The notes under the pieces were generated by a model that was given only the letters and a program-made list of their open reading frames with translations, was not told where the DNA came from and searched no databases. The position numbers and the translations under genes are program-made. 64,000 nucleotides of DNA, taken from positions 261,586 to 325,585 of the forward strand of contig JAWKOC010000003.1 of NCBI GenBank assembly GCA_041391365.1. Direction: 5' to 3'. Each line of letters opens with the position of its first letter. Within the stretch, counting starts at the first letter, position 1. This document shows, piece after piece, positions 36,646 through 49,745 of the stretch. Origin of the DNA: Bdellovibrionota bacterium (lineage in GTDB: Bacteria > Bdellovibrionota_G > JALEGL01 > JAGRMV01).

Positions 36646-38031
36646 GTGCTCCACAGAACTCTGTTGACGAAAGATGCAAAGGCCGTTAACAATGGCCCGC
36701 TTGTGCTAAAAAAACAACTCAAAGAAACACTGACCCTGGCGTGGCCGATCATCATTTCACAATTGATGGGGGTGGCCATGGGAACGATTGATACGATCAT
36801 GGTAGGTCGAGTTGGATCGCGTCCCCTTGCGGCCATGGCGATGGCCAATACCCTGCTTTATTTTTCTTTTGTCTTTTGTTTTGGCGTTCTCAATGCACTC
36901 AATCCTTTGATCAGTGAACGGTTTGGGGCCAAAAAACTGGAAGAAATTCCATCGTTGGTTCGACAAGGTTTTCGTTTGGCATTGTTGTTCGCGGTGATGG
37001 CGATTGCCCTGTTTTATTTTTCCAAACCCGTTTTCATCGTCATGAAACAACAGATAGAATTGATTGATTTGGGAAGAGATTATTTGAGTTATGTTGCATG
37101 GGGAATGCCGCAGCTGTTTTGTTTTTTGGTCATGCGTTTGTTCATGGAATCGGTATCGGATCCCAAACCCTCGATGTATGCATCACTTCTTGGAATCATG
37201 CTCAACATTGGATTCAACTATGTTTTGATCTATGGACATTTTGGTTTTCCCGCCATGGGGGTTCGAGGTGCGGGTTTGGCCACATCCATCGTTCACACCG
37301 CGATGTTTGTGTTTTCGTTGATCTACATCCAAACCTCACACAAATACAAAGATCTTCGTGTATTGAATGGTCCTTATTCTACCGATTGGGTCATGATCAA
37401 AAAAATCCTTGCCGTGGGACTTCCGTTTGGATTGAGTTGGACTTCTGAAATTGTATTTTTTATTTTTACTTCCCTTCTTGTGGGCATGCTTGGTCACATG
37501 GAATTGGCCGCTCATCATGTAGCCATCAATTTTTGCGCCACCGTGTTCATGTTCTGTGCTGGGATCGCCATGGCGGTTTCGGTTCAAATTGGTCAAGCCA
37601 GGGGGCGTGGGGATTGGCATCTGATTCGTGGTCATGCAACTCTTGGATATGGACTGGTGGTGGTGATCGGATTGTTTTTCGCGATGTTGATTTTTTCGAT
37701 TCCAGACGCTGTGGCCAAAATTTATACGCGTGATGTGGATTTGGTGAACATGGCCAAGCCACTTCTGCTCATTGGAGCCTTTTTTTTGGTGACCGATGGT
37801 GGACAAGCCATGGGCATGAATAGCCTCAAAGGAATGAAAGACACGCGTGTACCGATGATCAATTCCATTTTTTCCTATTGGCTGGTTGGAGTTCCCATTT
37901 GTTATGTTCTGTGTTTTCATTTCAACCTTCGACAAGAAGGGGTTTGGTGGGGAATGGTGGTTTCGTTGACCGTGGCCGCAGCGATGCACGCAGCTCGTTT
38001 TTATTGGATCACAAGGAAAAGGGTCGCATAG
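36646..38031 (+). CDS. MATE family efflux transporter
   Basis: 12-TM pattern with N-terminal LAWPIIISQLMGVAMGTIDTIMVGR, typical of NorM/MATE. GTG start. Confidence 0.9.
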   Translation: MLHRTLLTKDAKAVNNGPLVLKKQLKETLTLAWPIIISQLMGVAMGTIDTIMVGRVGSRPLAAMAMANTLLYFSFVFCFGVLNALNPLISERFGAKKLEEIPSLVRQGFRLALLFAVMAIALFYFSKPVFIVMKQQIELIDLGRDYLSYVAWGMPQLFCFLVMRLFMESVSDPKPSMYASLLGIMLNIGFNYVLIYGHFGFPAMGVRGAGLATSIVHTAMFVFSLIYIQTSHKYKDLRVLNGPYSTDWVMIKKILAVGLPFGLSWTSEIVFFIFTSLLVGMLGHMELAAHHVAINFCATVFMFCAGIAMAVSVQIGQARGRGDWHLIRGHATLGYGLVVVIGLFFAMLIFSIPDAVAKIYTRDVDLVNMAKPLLLIGAFFLVTDGGQAMGMNSLKGMKDTRVPMINSIFSYWLVGVPICYVLCFHFNLRQEGVWWGMVVSLTVAAAMHAARFYWITRKRVA

Positions 38032-38056
38032 ATCAAAAATCCATGCGACCCTTTTT
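38021..38056. terminator. Bidirectional rho-independent terminator (MATE / hsp20)
   Basis: GGGTCGCAT ... ATGCGACCC 9-bp stem, 13-nt loop, preceded by AAAA and followed by TTTTT. Lies between convergent genes. Confidence 0.7.
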
Positions 38057-38097
38057 GGGGAAGGCATCTTGTCTCGATGCCATGGAAATTGGTTTTT

Positions 38098-38574
38098 TTA
38101 TTCTCCTTGGATGGTGATTTTCTTTTGTGACGTGACCGTGGTGCTTTTGGGCAGCGTCACATTCAACACACCTTTGGCAAACTTAGCTTGAACTTTTTCT
38201 TCCTCAACCTCGGTGGGAAGTGCAAAACTTCGAGAAAAGGTTCCAAAGCTTCGTTCAACCACAAAATTGTTTTCATTTTCTTTTTTGGTTTCGTATTTTT
38301 TCTCACCTTTGATCGTCAACACTCCATCGTGGATGGTGAGCTCAACATCTTTTTCTGTGAGTCCTGGAAGCTCTGCATGCAAGGTGATTTCTTTTTCACT
38401 TTCCTTGATGTCTACAGCAGGAACAAACCCAAACGTAGAGCTTGTTTTGGCCGTGCCAGATTGAAAATGATCGAACAGATCATTGACTTCACTCCACAGA
38501 GAATCAATGCTGGGTCGCGTATGCCATCGATCGAGATGATTTCTTCGAAACGGTGAAAATTTTACTAAGGTCAT
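38098..38574 (-). CDS. Hsp20/alpha-crystallin small heat-shock protein
   Basis: Alpha-crystallin core PAVDIKESEKEITLHAELPGLTEKDVELTIHDGVLTIKGEKK. Confidence 0.9.
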   Translation of the reverse strand: MTLVKFSPFRRNHLDRWHTRPSIDSLWSEVNDLFDHFQSGTAKTSSTFGFVPAVDIKESEKEITLHAELPGLTEKDVELTIHDGVLTIKGEKKYETKKENENNFVVERSFGTFSRSFALPTEVEEEKVQAKFAKGVLNVTLPKSTTVTSQKKITIQGE

Positions 38575-38610
38575 GATAAAACTCCTTTCAAAATTCTTAT
38601 ACTCACAAAA

Positions 38611-38628
38611 AAGTCACCGATGTGACTT
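38611..38628 (-). promoter_or_regulatory. 7-4-7 inverted repeat plus U-run in the hsp20 upstream/leader region
   Basis: Minus-strand sense AAGTCAC-ATCG-GTGACTT followed by TTTTT, 37-54 nt upstream of the hsp20 ATG. Confidence 0.3.
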
Positions 38629-38720
38629 TGTCAAGAGGTAAGGTTTTGGAGCTCATTTGTGGCTTGTCAAGGCCAAGTAGTGTATTTTTCTAGGACTCAA
38701 TTGATGCATCAAAGGATTTC

Positions 38721-39710
38721 ATGAAAAAAAATCAACTACAACAAGGACCTTACCTATTGGCCGAAACCATGGTGAACGCAGGGCATACCAAAAGTTTTGA
38801 AATTCCAGCGTTTCGATTGCCCACACAAACCATGATCTCTCTCCCCATTCATGTGATTCATGGCGTTCGGCCGGGACCTACGTTGGGACTTTGCGCAGCG
38901 ATTCATGGAAATGAAATCAATGGAATTGAAACCATTCGAAGAATCACGCAAGTCATCGATCCAAAAAAGCTTTCGGGAACCATCATTGCAACTCCCGTGG
39001 TGAACGTGTTTGGATTTATCAATGACTCTCGATATCTGCCCGATCGCAGGGATTTGAATCGAAGTTTTCCAGGTTCAAAACGAGGTTCCATGGCTTCACG
39101 ACTGGCTTTTTTGTTCCGGACCGAAGTGGTGGATCGATGCAACTACATCATTGATTATCACACAGCCTCGGTGGGGAAAAAAAACTATCCTCAAATTCGC
39201 TGCGATTTGTTTGATGGGGATTCCAAAGAATTGGCCAAAGTCTTCAATGCCCCTTTGATTTTGCATTCCAAAAAGATTGCGGGATCTCTGCGAGAACTCG
39301 CGGTAGAAAATGAGTGCAATTTGCTGGTCTATGAGGGAGGTGAGCCCAGTCGCTTTGATGAAAAGGCCATCTCTCTTGCGGTTCGAGGGACGTTTCGTGT
39401 GCTCAGCAAATTGAAGATGCACCCCGCTGTGACCGAAAGTCACAAAGAAGATCTCAAGATCAAGACTCTGATCTGCAATGAAACCAGTTGGATTCGGGCC
39501 CCACGGAGTGGAATCTTTCGGGCCAATTACAAATTGGGGGAACGGGTCAAAGACAAGTGCGTACTCGGGACCATCAACGATATTTTTGGAAATTCCCTTG
39601 GAAATGTACGCAGTCACATGAATGGAATTGTGGCGGGAATCGCCACCAACCCCTCGGTTCATCAAGGGGATGCCTTGATTCACATTGGTCGAATCAAGGA
39701 AGCCTCGTAG
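38721..39710 (+). CDS. Succinylglutamate desuccinylase/aspartoacylase family zinc hydrolase
   Basis: AIHGNEINGIE zinc-binding motif, DLNRSFPG, and ~330-aa length fit the AstE/AspA family. Confidence 0.85.
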   Translation: MKKNQLQQGPYLLAETMVNAGHTKSFEIPAFRLPTQTMISLPIHVIHGVRPGPTLGLCAAIHGNEINGIETIRRITQVIDPKKLSGTIIATPVVNVFGFINDSRYLPDRRDLNRSFPGSKRGSMASRLAFLFRTEVVDRCNYIIDYHTASVGKKNYPQIRCDLFDGDSKELAKVFNAPLILHSKKIAGSLRELAVENECNLLVYEGGEPSRFDEKAISLAVRGTFRVLSKLKMHPAVTESHKEDLKIKTLICNETSWIRAPRSGIFRANYKLGERVKDKCVLGTINDIFGNSLGNVRSHMNGIVAGIATNPSVHQGDALIHIGRIKEAS

Positions 39711-39840
39711 CGTTTTCGCAAAAGCCCTTTTCAAAACCATTGTCGCAGCTTGGGTGATCGTGGCGAAAAATGGCCCAACGGACGTATGGGGGACGGTGCT
39801 TATATTATAATAATTTCAAATAGTTAGTTCATGTTCTCGT

Positions 39841-39856
39841 TGGCACGGGTTTTGAG
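39841..39856 (+). promoter_or_regulatory. Weak sigma-54-like promoter
   Basis: TGGCACGGGTTTTGAG has a perfect -24 TGGCACG with correct spacing, but -12 reads TTGA instead of TTGC. Lies 38 nt before ATG 39894. Confidence 0.3.
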
Positions 39857-39893
39857 ATGTAATTCAGTGATGAATACTGTGGAGGACAATACC

Positions 39894-40949
39894 ATGTTTG
39901 GAACCTTATCAACCCGAGCGCTGCGGATCAGCTTGTGTGGGGCTTTTTTGATGGCCTGTCAGCAAGTGCCTGAAGCCGGAAACGGAAATTTTGGACAATC
40001 GAGCTATTCTTCGGGTGTAACCTGCTCGGATGGATCCACTTCATGTACGGTGCTCAATTACACTGACATCAACACCTTTCTTAACAGCATCGGTTATACA
40101 ACCAAGAGCGATTTGGAAAACATTTCATTTTACAATGGCCTGCTCAACGAATGCAAAATCCGCTGTGTAGACAATGTGGATAGCTCTTGTTTGAGCGGAA
40201 CCTATCCAAACCAAACCATTGCCAGCACCGGAAAATGTTCTGAATATACAACCGGCTGTGCCAACCAGTGCGAACAGTTTTTGGGGAGCATGCTTTCCGA
40301 TGAAAATGTTCCTGTGGAAATTCCTAGCAATTACTATGCGGTTCGCGTGGAAGTGGATTTTTGTTCTGACTTTGGACAGAACTATTTGGTGATGGAAGGT
40401 CAGACCATGAGATTTGGAAAAGTGCGCGGAGATGTGTTGCCGAGCACAGGTCCTTTGGGTTCTTTTTTGCTTCCTACACCCAATGACATCGGTCATGGAC
40501 TGCATTGCAAAGGTGTGAACAATGGAAACACACGAGGCAATGCTCCGATCCGATTCTATCCCATGCACACAACTTCTGTAACGGTGTTGGACGGCTCTGG
40601 GGCTTCAAAATCTGTGAGCATTTTGCCCATGACGCAAAAATCTCAAAACATGATTGCAAAGAACTATCGCAACCCCGGAGAGACTTCATTTGGTCTTCGA
40701 GAATTTGCAGATGTGTCGCCTTTGAACCATGTGGTGTGGGTGGCACAAGACATCGAAGATTTGGGCGATGTTGAAGTGAGCGGTGTTCTCAAGCGAGCCA
40801 TCAAACACATGGAAGTGTATGACAACGGGCTGATGCAATCCGGGCACTCTCTGGCGTTGGAGTGGTGGCAGTGGCTGCCCAAAGGAAAGCAAACCTTGAG
40901 TTTTATGGTTTTCATTCCTCCTTATCCTGACAACACAGGAGTGTTGTAA
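39894..40949 (+). CDS. Cys-rich lipoprotein, unknown function
   Basis: GGAGGA RBS 8 nt before ATG 39894. Lipobox GAFLMAC. Many Cys in the N-terminal third. No domain recognised. Confidence 0.6.
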   Translation: MFGTLSTRALRISLCGAFLMACQQVPEAGNGNFGQSSYSSGVTCSDGSTSCTVLNYTDINTFLNSIGYTTKSDLENISFYNGLLNECKIRCVDNVDSSCLSGTYPNQTIASTGKCSEYTTGCANQCEQFLGSMLSDENVPVEIPSNYYAVRVEVDFCSDFGQNYLVMEGQTMRFGKVRGDVLPSTGPLGSFLLPTPNDIGHGLHCKGVNNGNTRGNAPIRFYPMHTTSVTVLDGSGASKSVSILPMTQKSQNMIAKNYRNPGETSFGLREFADVSPLNHVVWVAQDIEDLGDVEVSGVLKRAIKHMEVYDNGLMQSGHSLALEWWQWLPKGKQTLSFMVFIPPYPDNTGVL

Positions 40950-41002
40950 GAGTGGAGCAAAGAGCAAACGAGATGTACATCATGAAAGGAATGCACCAAC
41001 AT

Positions 41003-42754
41003 ATGAAACGAGCACTGACATTGATGATCCTGGGCCTGGGCTTTTATGCCTGCGGGAATGGATTCAGTGATTCTGTTCCTGGTAGAAAATACCAAAGTTC
41101 GTTGGAGGCTCCTTTTGGAGTGGCCACTCAATCGCTGTCCGATGATTCGATCAAAATTGTGTGGAGCAATCCAAATGTAGATGGTGTGTATCAAATTGGA
41201 ATTGAGAAACGGGAAATTCTTTCCACCAATACATCTATTTTTACGCAAGTGGCATTGGTGAGTCAGACGCAAGAATACACCGTGACAAGTCTTTTGCCCA
41301 ACACCTCGTATGAATTTCGATTGTACATCGCCACGATCGAAGGAAAAAGTGACTACGCGATCGTGTCTGGAACAACCCTCGCAGGGCCAGGATCCGGGGC
41401 ACCCGATCCGATCAATACGCCTGTGACCATCACTTTGACCAATGCTTCTTCTCCTTATGAAGTGACCTTGCATTGGACACATGCGGATCCTTCCAGTGTG
41501 GACTACTATTTTGTGACCAAACGTGAAAACAACACACAAAAAATTTCCGATTACTCGATGTCTGGAAATGGTTCGGTGACCTTGGTCGACAATGCGTCCA
41601 ACGCATATTTTATGTATTCGGGTTCCTATCTTGGATTTCAAAACGGTGGATACCACTACGAAATCAAAGCTTGCAATCAAACCGCCAACGCGTGTTCAGC
41701 AGCTGTGGTTGCAGACATCGTGATTCAAAACGCTGGAACCATCAAACCTGCGATCAGTACATTTTCGGCTACCCAAAATGTTCCAAACCAAGTGGATTTG
41801 ACGTGGTCATTCACACAGGGTGGAAGTTGGTCAACCGCAACCAGCATTGCATTGACACGAAATGGATTGAGCTCGTCTCTGTATTCATGGAGTGCAAGCT
41901 CGGGAACGCAGCCTTCTTCCGGTGGAAGTGCAAGCGATACATCTGCAACTCCAGGAACAAGCTATACCTACACGCTGACCATCAACTACACCGATGGTTC
42001 CAGCACCTTTTTGAACGCAACCGGAAAAGCAGTTTCGCCAAGTGTAACTCAGATGTCTCCGGCCACCAACATCGCGACCGCGGTGAACACGTACAAACCC
42101 AATCAAACTTCGACAACGGTTTCATGGAAACACAGCAGTTCGCAAGTTACAGCGAGTGATTTTGTGATCAAGTTGGTGTACGGTGGAACAACGTCGATTC
42201 CTTCGGCGAGCATCTCTTACAACAGCAACACGCAAACCTTTTCGTTGAATGGATATCAGATCAACTGTCCTTCGGTGGCAAGTGAATATGATGTGGCCAA
42301 AATCTCGATTCAGGTGACGGACCCCAACAACGTCAAAACCGATTCGAATCTTGCGTATTCGGCCGACATCAAATGCTACAACAAAATTCCCAAACCTGTA
42401 CTCAATACGTACATCATCATGATGCCCATCCAAGGAAGCAGCCAACCCAATCATTACAACATGCAGATGGGATTTAGCTACTACAATGGTGGAGCATCCG
42501 TGATCACTTTTAGTAGCTTCAATGTGAAGTACCGCATCGGAACAGATTTCAACAACGATGGTGTGGTGGACAACTGGGGAGGACTCAATACTCTGAGTTC
42601 TTCGGCTGTGACCAACAATGGGTCCAACAATTTTGAAGTCAACTACGATACTACATGTGCAAGCAATCAGTACTTTGAATACCAAGTACAGGCCGTGAGC
42701 ACACAAAGTGGCAAGAGCTCGGATTTTGTGACACTCGCCAAAAAATGCCCATAA
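41003..42754 (+). CDS. Ser/Thr-rich lipoprotein with fibronectin-type-III-like repeats
   Basis: Lipobox LGFYAC. Repeated FN3-like text (SIKIVWSNP...TSYEFRLY; VTLHWTH...YYFV; VDLTWSF...GTSYTYTL). Confidence 0.65.
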   Translation: MKRALTLMILGLGFYACGNGFSDSVPGRKYQSSLEAPFGVATQSLSDDSIKIVWSNPNVDGVYQIGIEKREILSTNTSIFTQVALVSQTQEYTVTSLLPNTSYEFRLYIATIEGKSDYAIVSGTTLAGPGSGAPDPINTPVTITLTNASSPYEVTLHWTHADPSSVDYYFVTKRENNTQKISDYSMSGNGSVTLVDNASNAYFMYSGSYLGFQNGGYHYEIKACNQTANACSAAVVADIVIQNAGTIKPAISTFSATQNVPNQVDLTWSFTQGGSWSTATSIALTRNGLSSSLYSWSASSGTQPSSGGSASDTSATPGTSYTYTLTINYTDGSSTFLNATGKAVSPSVTQMSPATNIATAVNTYKPNQTSTTVSWKHSSSQVTASDFVIKLVYGGTTSIPSASISYNSNTQTFSLNGYQINCPSVASEYDVAKISIQVTDPNNVKTDSNLAYSADIKCYNKIPKPVLNTYIIMMPIQGSSQPNHYNMQMGFSYYNGGASVITFSSFNVKYRIGTDFNNDGVVDNWGGLNTLSSSAVTNNGSNNFEVNYDTTCASNQYFEYQVQAVSTQSGKSSDFVTLAKKCP

Positions 42755-42812
42755 AACAGACAAGAGCCCGTGAATTTGGTAGGGGTGAGAGAGTTGACGG
42801 GAGGGGGAAACG

Positions 42813-43820
42813 ATGTACTCTAGGAAAATGAAGGCGCCCAAAAAGCCTGGGGATCGGTCCAATGAGATCGACGCAATCGCAGATCAGTTTTTGAAGCGAA
42901 CGCAACGGGATCAACGTTTTGAAAGTTCGTACTCATGGGAAGATGAGGATGAAGAAGGCGATACTCAGCCCATTCTAAAAGAAGAACGTTCCAAAGAGTT
43001 GTCCTCTGGGACAGCTTCCATCGATTTGAGATCGGGCAATCCCCGCAATCGACTCACGGCTTATTTGTGGTCATGGGTGTTTCCTTTTGGTGGGTTGTTT
43101 TATACAGGCCACATCATTACGGCTTTGCTTTTGCTTTTTGGAATGAATGTTAGTTTTTTTGTTTTTTTGGGACTAATTCGGCCAGAATCCAGAGGCATTT
43201 TTGTGTCTACCTTTCGAGGGTGGGAATGGCTTTTTTCTCAATCTTGGGCTCTTTCAGCCTTGGTGGTCGCGACCTACGGACTGTGGACACTTGGTTTTTT
43301 GTTGCCCCCCTATTTGGTTCATCGAAAAGGCAAAAGAGAGTTGGGATCCTCTCTTCGAGATTGGTTGTGGAACTGGTTGCCCATTTGTCACCACTATTCA
43401 AAAAGTCATTGGTTTTCTGCCAGTGTGTTGCATCTGGCTTTGAGTTGGATCTTGGTGTTTCCTTTGATTGCTTTTTTACCGTGGGTCCGGGGAATCACGA
43501 TTTCTGATTCGCACTATCAACATTTTTTCTCGTGGGGCTTGCCCGCGTTTGGAAGCGCATTGATTTTGTTTGTTCTCGCAATGGCGCAGCGTTGGTTTGC
43601 CTTGATGTTTTCTCAAAAAGGATTTTCCAGACTTTTGGGAATCTTGGTCTACACCACCGTATTTGGATTTTTGATTTTGTTTTTTGTGGGCTCGACAGTA
43701 AGCAAAAATACAGGGGATGAACCCAACCAAGTTCGAAGGTTTTTGAATGTTTTCGAATCCAAAGGCTTTGGTGACACAGCCTCTTGGCTGGAAAACATTC
43801 TCAACCAAAATCTTCCATAA
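42813..43820 (+). CDS. Hypothetical polytopic membrane protein
   Basis: Acidic cytoplasmic N-terminus followed by about 7 hydrophobic helices. Confidence 0.6.
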   Translation: MYSRKMKAPKKPGDRSNEIDAIADQFLKRTQRDQRFESSYSWEDEDEEGDTQPILKEERSKELSSGTASIDLRSGNPRNRLTAYLWSWVFPFGGLFYTGHIITALLLLFGMNVSFFVFLGLIRPESRGIFVSTFRGWEWLFSQSWALSALVVATYGLWTLGFLLPPYLVHRKGKRELGSSLRDWLWNWLPICHHYSKSHWFSASVLHLALSWILVFPLIAFLPWVRGITISDSHYQHFFSWGLPAFGSALILFVLAMAQRWFALMFSQKGFSRLLGILVYTTVFGFLILFFVGSTVSKNTGDEPNQVRRFLNVFESKGFGDTASWLENILNQNLP

Positions 43821-43864
43821 AAAGTACCTGGCACCTTTTCAATCCAAAGGTGCCAAGTACTTTT
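43821..43864. terminator. Bidirectional terminator hairpin between convergent genes
   Basis: AAAGTACCTGGCACCTTT-TCAATCC-AAAGGTGCCAAGTACTTT: 18-bp stem with one mismatch and T-runs on both strands. Confidence 0.7.
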
Positions 43865-43867
43865 GGA

Positions 43868-44359
43868 CTAGCGTTGCGTAGTATAGTCTTCAATCCACTC
43901 GTTGAGATTGCAAACCAAAGCCACAGCTTGGCTGGGCTCTTCCAAAATGGATTCATAGATTTCTTGCAAAAAATGGGTGGGTTCCAAACAACTTGCCCCA
44001 CAACGGAAGGTGGGAATTTCAACTTCGCAAAAGGTCGTGAGCAACGAATTCGTAAAGGCCTGACCACGGGTCATGTCCTTTCCAAGATACGCATCGGATG
44101 GCCCTTGTGCCTTTTCGTCCATCACACCCACCCATAGGGTATGGTCTTCAGAATTGATTTGAATGGAGCAAATTTGATTCTCTTTTTTGGATACCAATTG
44201 AATGTTCACTTTTCCTGCATTCACGTCCAACGACGGTTGCAACGAATCTTGATTGATGATGTCGGTTTTTTTCCCTGAACAAGGATACTCTTGTGCAAAA
44301 CATGACCAACTTGCCATCACACTCAATGCAAACCCCATAACCACACGATTTTTTTTCAT
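43868..44359 (-). CDS. Hypothetical secreted protein
   Basis: Start at ATG 44359 (MKKNRVVMGFALSVMASWSCFAQ signal peptide) with GGGGG upstream. No domain recognised. Confidence 0.6.
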   Translation of the reverse strand: MKKNRVVMGFALSVMASWSCFAQEYPCSGKKTDIINQDSLQPSLDVNAGKVNIQLVSKKENQICSIQINSEDHTLWVGVMDEKAQGPSDAYLGKDMTRGQAFTNSLLTTFCEVEIPTFRCGASCLEPTHFLQEIYESILEEPSQAVALVCNLNEWIEDYTTQR

Positions 44360-44396
44360 AGAACCCCCCATTTGTTGAATAATTATGCACAATCTT

Positions 44397-44850
44397 CTAG
44401 CGCCGGTGCGCACCCGTTGTCAATGGAAAAATCAATGTGCTTTTTTGTCTATTTTTGATGGGGATCAGGCGAAAAAGCATTTTGGGTCTCTTGGGATGGG
44501 CGATGAAGCGATCGGAATCTGCTTTGCAGTCGTTGCATCCAAGATAAATGATGACAACGTCCAAAGGAAATTGGCTATCCATCCTGTGATTTGCTCACTT
44601 AGGCCGTAAATATTTCCACTATCAATGTAGGTACATTGATGATTTTGGATCCCTTGAAAAAGAATCTCAGAAAAATCTTTGGTGCGTAGAAATGGTTCAC
44701 GAAGATCATCGGATACTTTTCCTCCGATGCCCTATTTTCCCAATCCATTTGCTCTGTTCATCATAAAACCGTTTTGCATTAGGCCTGTACCCGGTACAAA
44801 ATCGCCAAAAGTGTACCGGGTGCAAAAAGGGGAATTTGGTGCCAGATCAT
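44397..44850 (-). pseudogene. Decayed SGNH/GDSL-hydrolase gene remnant
   Basis: Minus-strand translation gives block I-like YTFGDF (Ser replaced by Phe), an in-frame TAG near 44732-44734, then a frame change to ...PLDVVIIYLGCNDC (block III GxND). No start codon and no block V. Confidence 0.4.
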
Positions 44851-44902
44851 TTCCGGACACCGAAAATCGGTCTAAGGATTTTGTTCGACCTCTGAATACA
44901 GG

Positions 44903-45298
44903 TCAGATTAACTCAGCTTGGGCTTGAAGCCAGTCTCGCGTGGCGAAGAGTTCTTCGCGCTGCTGAACAGAAACATCTGGGGAGAGAAGTTGGGTTTCCA
45001 ATTCTTCACGCTGTGCTTTGAGTCGATCGACATCAATGTCAGTGGCAAATGCGGCCTGATCGGCAAGGATCATCACCTTGTTGTCGCTGACTTCAAAAAA
45101 TCCCCCTCGAAGGGCCATTTTTTTGTCACCTTCGGTTTGATGAATGGTGATCACACCTGCTCCCAACTGCGAAACCAGATGCGCATGTTCTGTCAAAAGA
45201 CCCGTTTGTCCTTTGCTGCTCGGAACATACACATCCAAGCATGTGCCTTCAAACACATGCTTGGAGGGTGTGACAATGATGATGTCGATCGTGCTCAT
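44903..45298 (-). CDS. atpC: F1 ATP synthase epsilon subunit
   Basis: 131 aa directly after atpD, with the typical epsilon beta-sandwich plus helical hairpin text. Confidence 0.95.
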   Translation of the reverse strand: MSTIDIIIVTPSKHVFEGTCLDVYVPSSKGQTGLLTEHAHLVSQLGAGVITIHQTEGDKKMALRGGFFEVSDNKVMILADQAAFATDIDVDRLKAQREELETQLLSPDVSVQQREELFATRDWLQAQAELI

Positions 45299-45304
45299 AT
45301 CCGG

Positions 45305-46753
<1,449 letters not shown>

Positions 46754-46788
46754 CTATCCACTCTACCCTTGGGTTCTCTTATTCCACG

Positions 46789-47652
46789 TTACTGAATGGC
46801 CTCCGCACCCGAAATGATTTCTACGAGTTCGTTGGTGATGGCCGCCTGGCGCACACGGTTCATGTGCAAGGTTAGACTATCAATCATTTCCCCCGCATTT
46901 CGTGTGGCTGCATCCATCGCCGTCATTCGCGCGCCATACTCGCTGGCAAGCGAATGCAAACTGGCCTGATAAAAACTTCCTTCGATGGCTTTGGGGAGCA
47001 AAATTTTGATGATTTGTGTTTTGCCTGGTTCAAAGAGATAGTCCGCTGTGGATTGAAGTTGCTCTTCCCCTTCTTGTTTGGGCTGTTGCAACGGCAATAA
47101 CGTTACATTTTTTGGTTTTTGAGTCATCACCGAATGGAATTCATTGTAAAGCAATTCGATGCAACTGACTTGATCCTCCAAAAAAGCTTGCGTGAGTTTT
47201 TGGCACAGCTCCAAGGATTTTTGATGAGAAAAATCCGTCCAATAGGAGTCCACAATCGTTTCGACTTTGTGTTTTCTCTGTTTGAAATAGGCCGAAGCTT
47301 TTTTTCCAATCACGATCAGCGAGGTTTCATAGGTTTCATCCCGAAGCATGTGTTCGGCTTTGCGAAACAAACTGGAATTGAACGCGCCACAAAGACCACG
47401 ATCGGAGGAAAACACAACGATCCATCGTTTTTTTCCTTCTTTGGATTCTAGCAATGGATCAATGTCGGTACCCGCACTGGCCAAAAGTTTGGAGAGCAAT
47501 TCTCTGACTTTTTCCTGATACACGCGACTTTGAGATACAGCTTCCTGACTGCGACGGAGTCGAGCCGCGGCCACCATCTTCATCGCGCGCGTGATCTTCT
47601 GCGTGGACTGCACGCTTCGGATTCGGTTTCGGATTGCTTGTAAGTTTGCCAT
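46789..47652 (-). CDS. atpG: F1 ATP synthase gamma subunit
   Basis: MANLQAIRNRIRSVQSTQKITRAMKMVAA N-terminus and C-terminal ITNELVEIISGAEA. Confidence 0.95.
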   Translation of the reverse strand: MANLQAIRNRIRSVQSTQKITRAMKMVAAARLRRSQEAVSQSRVYQEKVRELLSKLLASAGTDIDPLLESKEGKKRWIVVFSSDRGLCGAFNSSLFRKAEHMLRDETYETSLIVIGKKASAYFKQRKHKVETIVDSYWTDFSHQKSLELCQKLTQAFLEDQVSCIELLYNEFHSVMTQKPKNVTLLPLQQPKQEGEEQLQSTADYLFEPGKTQIIKILLPKAIEGSFYQASLHSLASEYGARMTAMDAATRNAGEMIDSLTLHMNRVRQAAITNELVEIISGAEAIQ

Positions 47653-47658
47653 GAAAAA

Positions 47659-49731
<2,073 letters not shown>

Positions 49732-49745
<14 letters not shown>

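Noticed and set aside
44789-44821. 10-bp inverted repeat ACCCGGTACA...TGTACCGGGT as the atp operon terminator
   Set aside because: No U-run follows it on either strand, and it lies within the putative SGNH pseudogene. It is kept only as a note under that finding.
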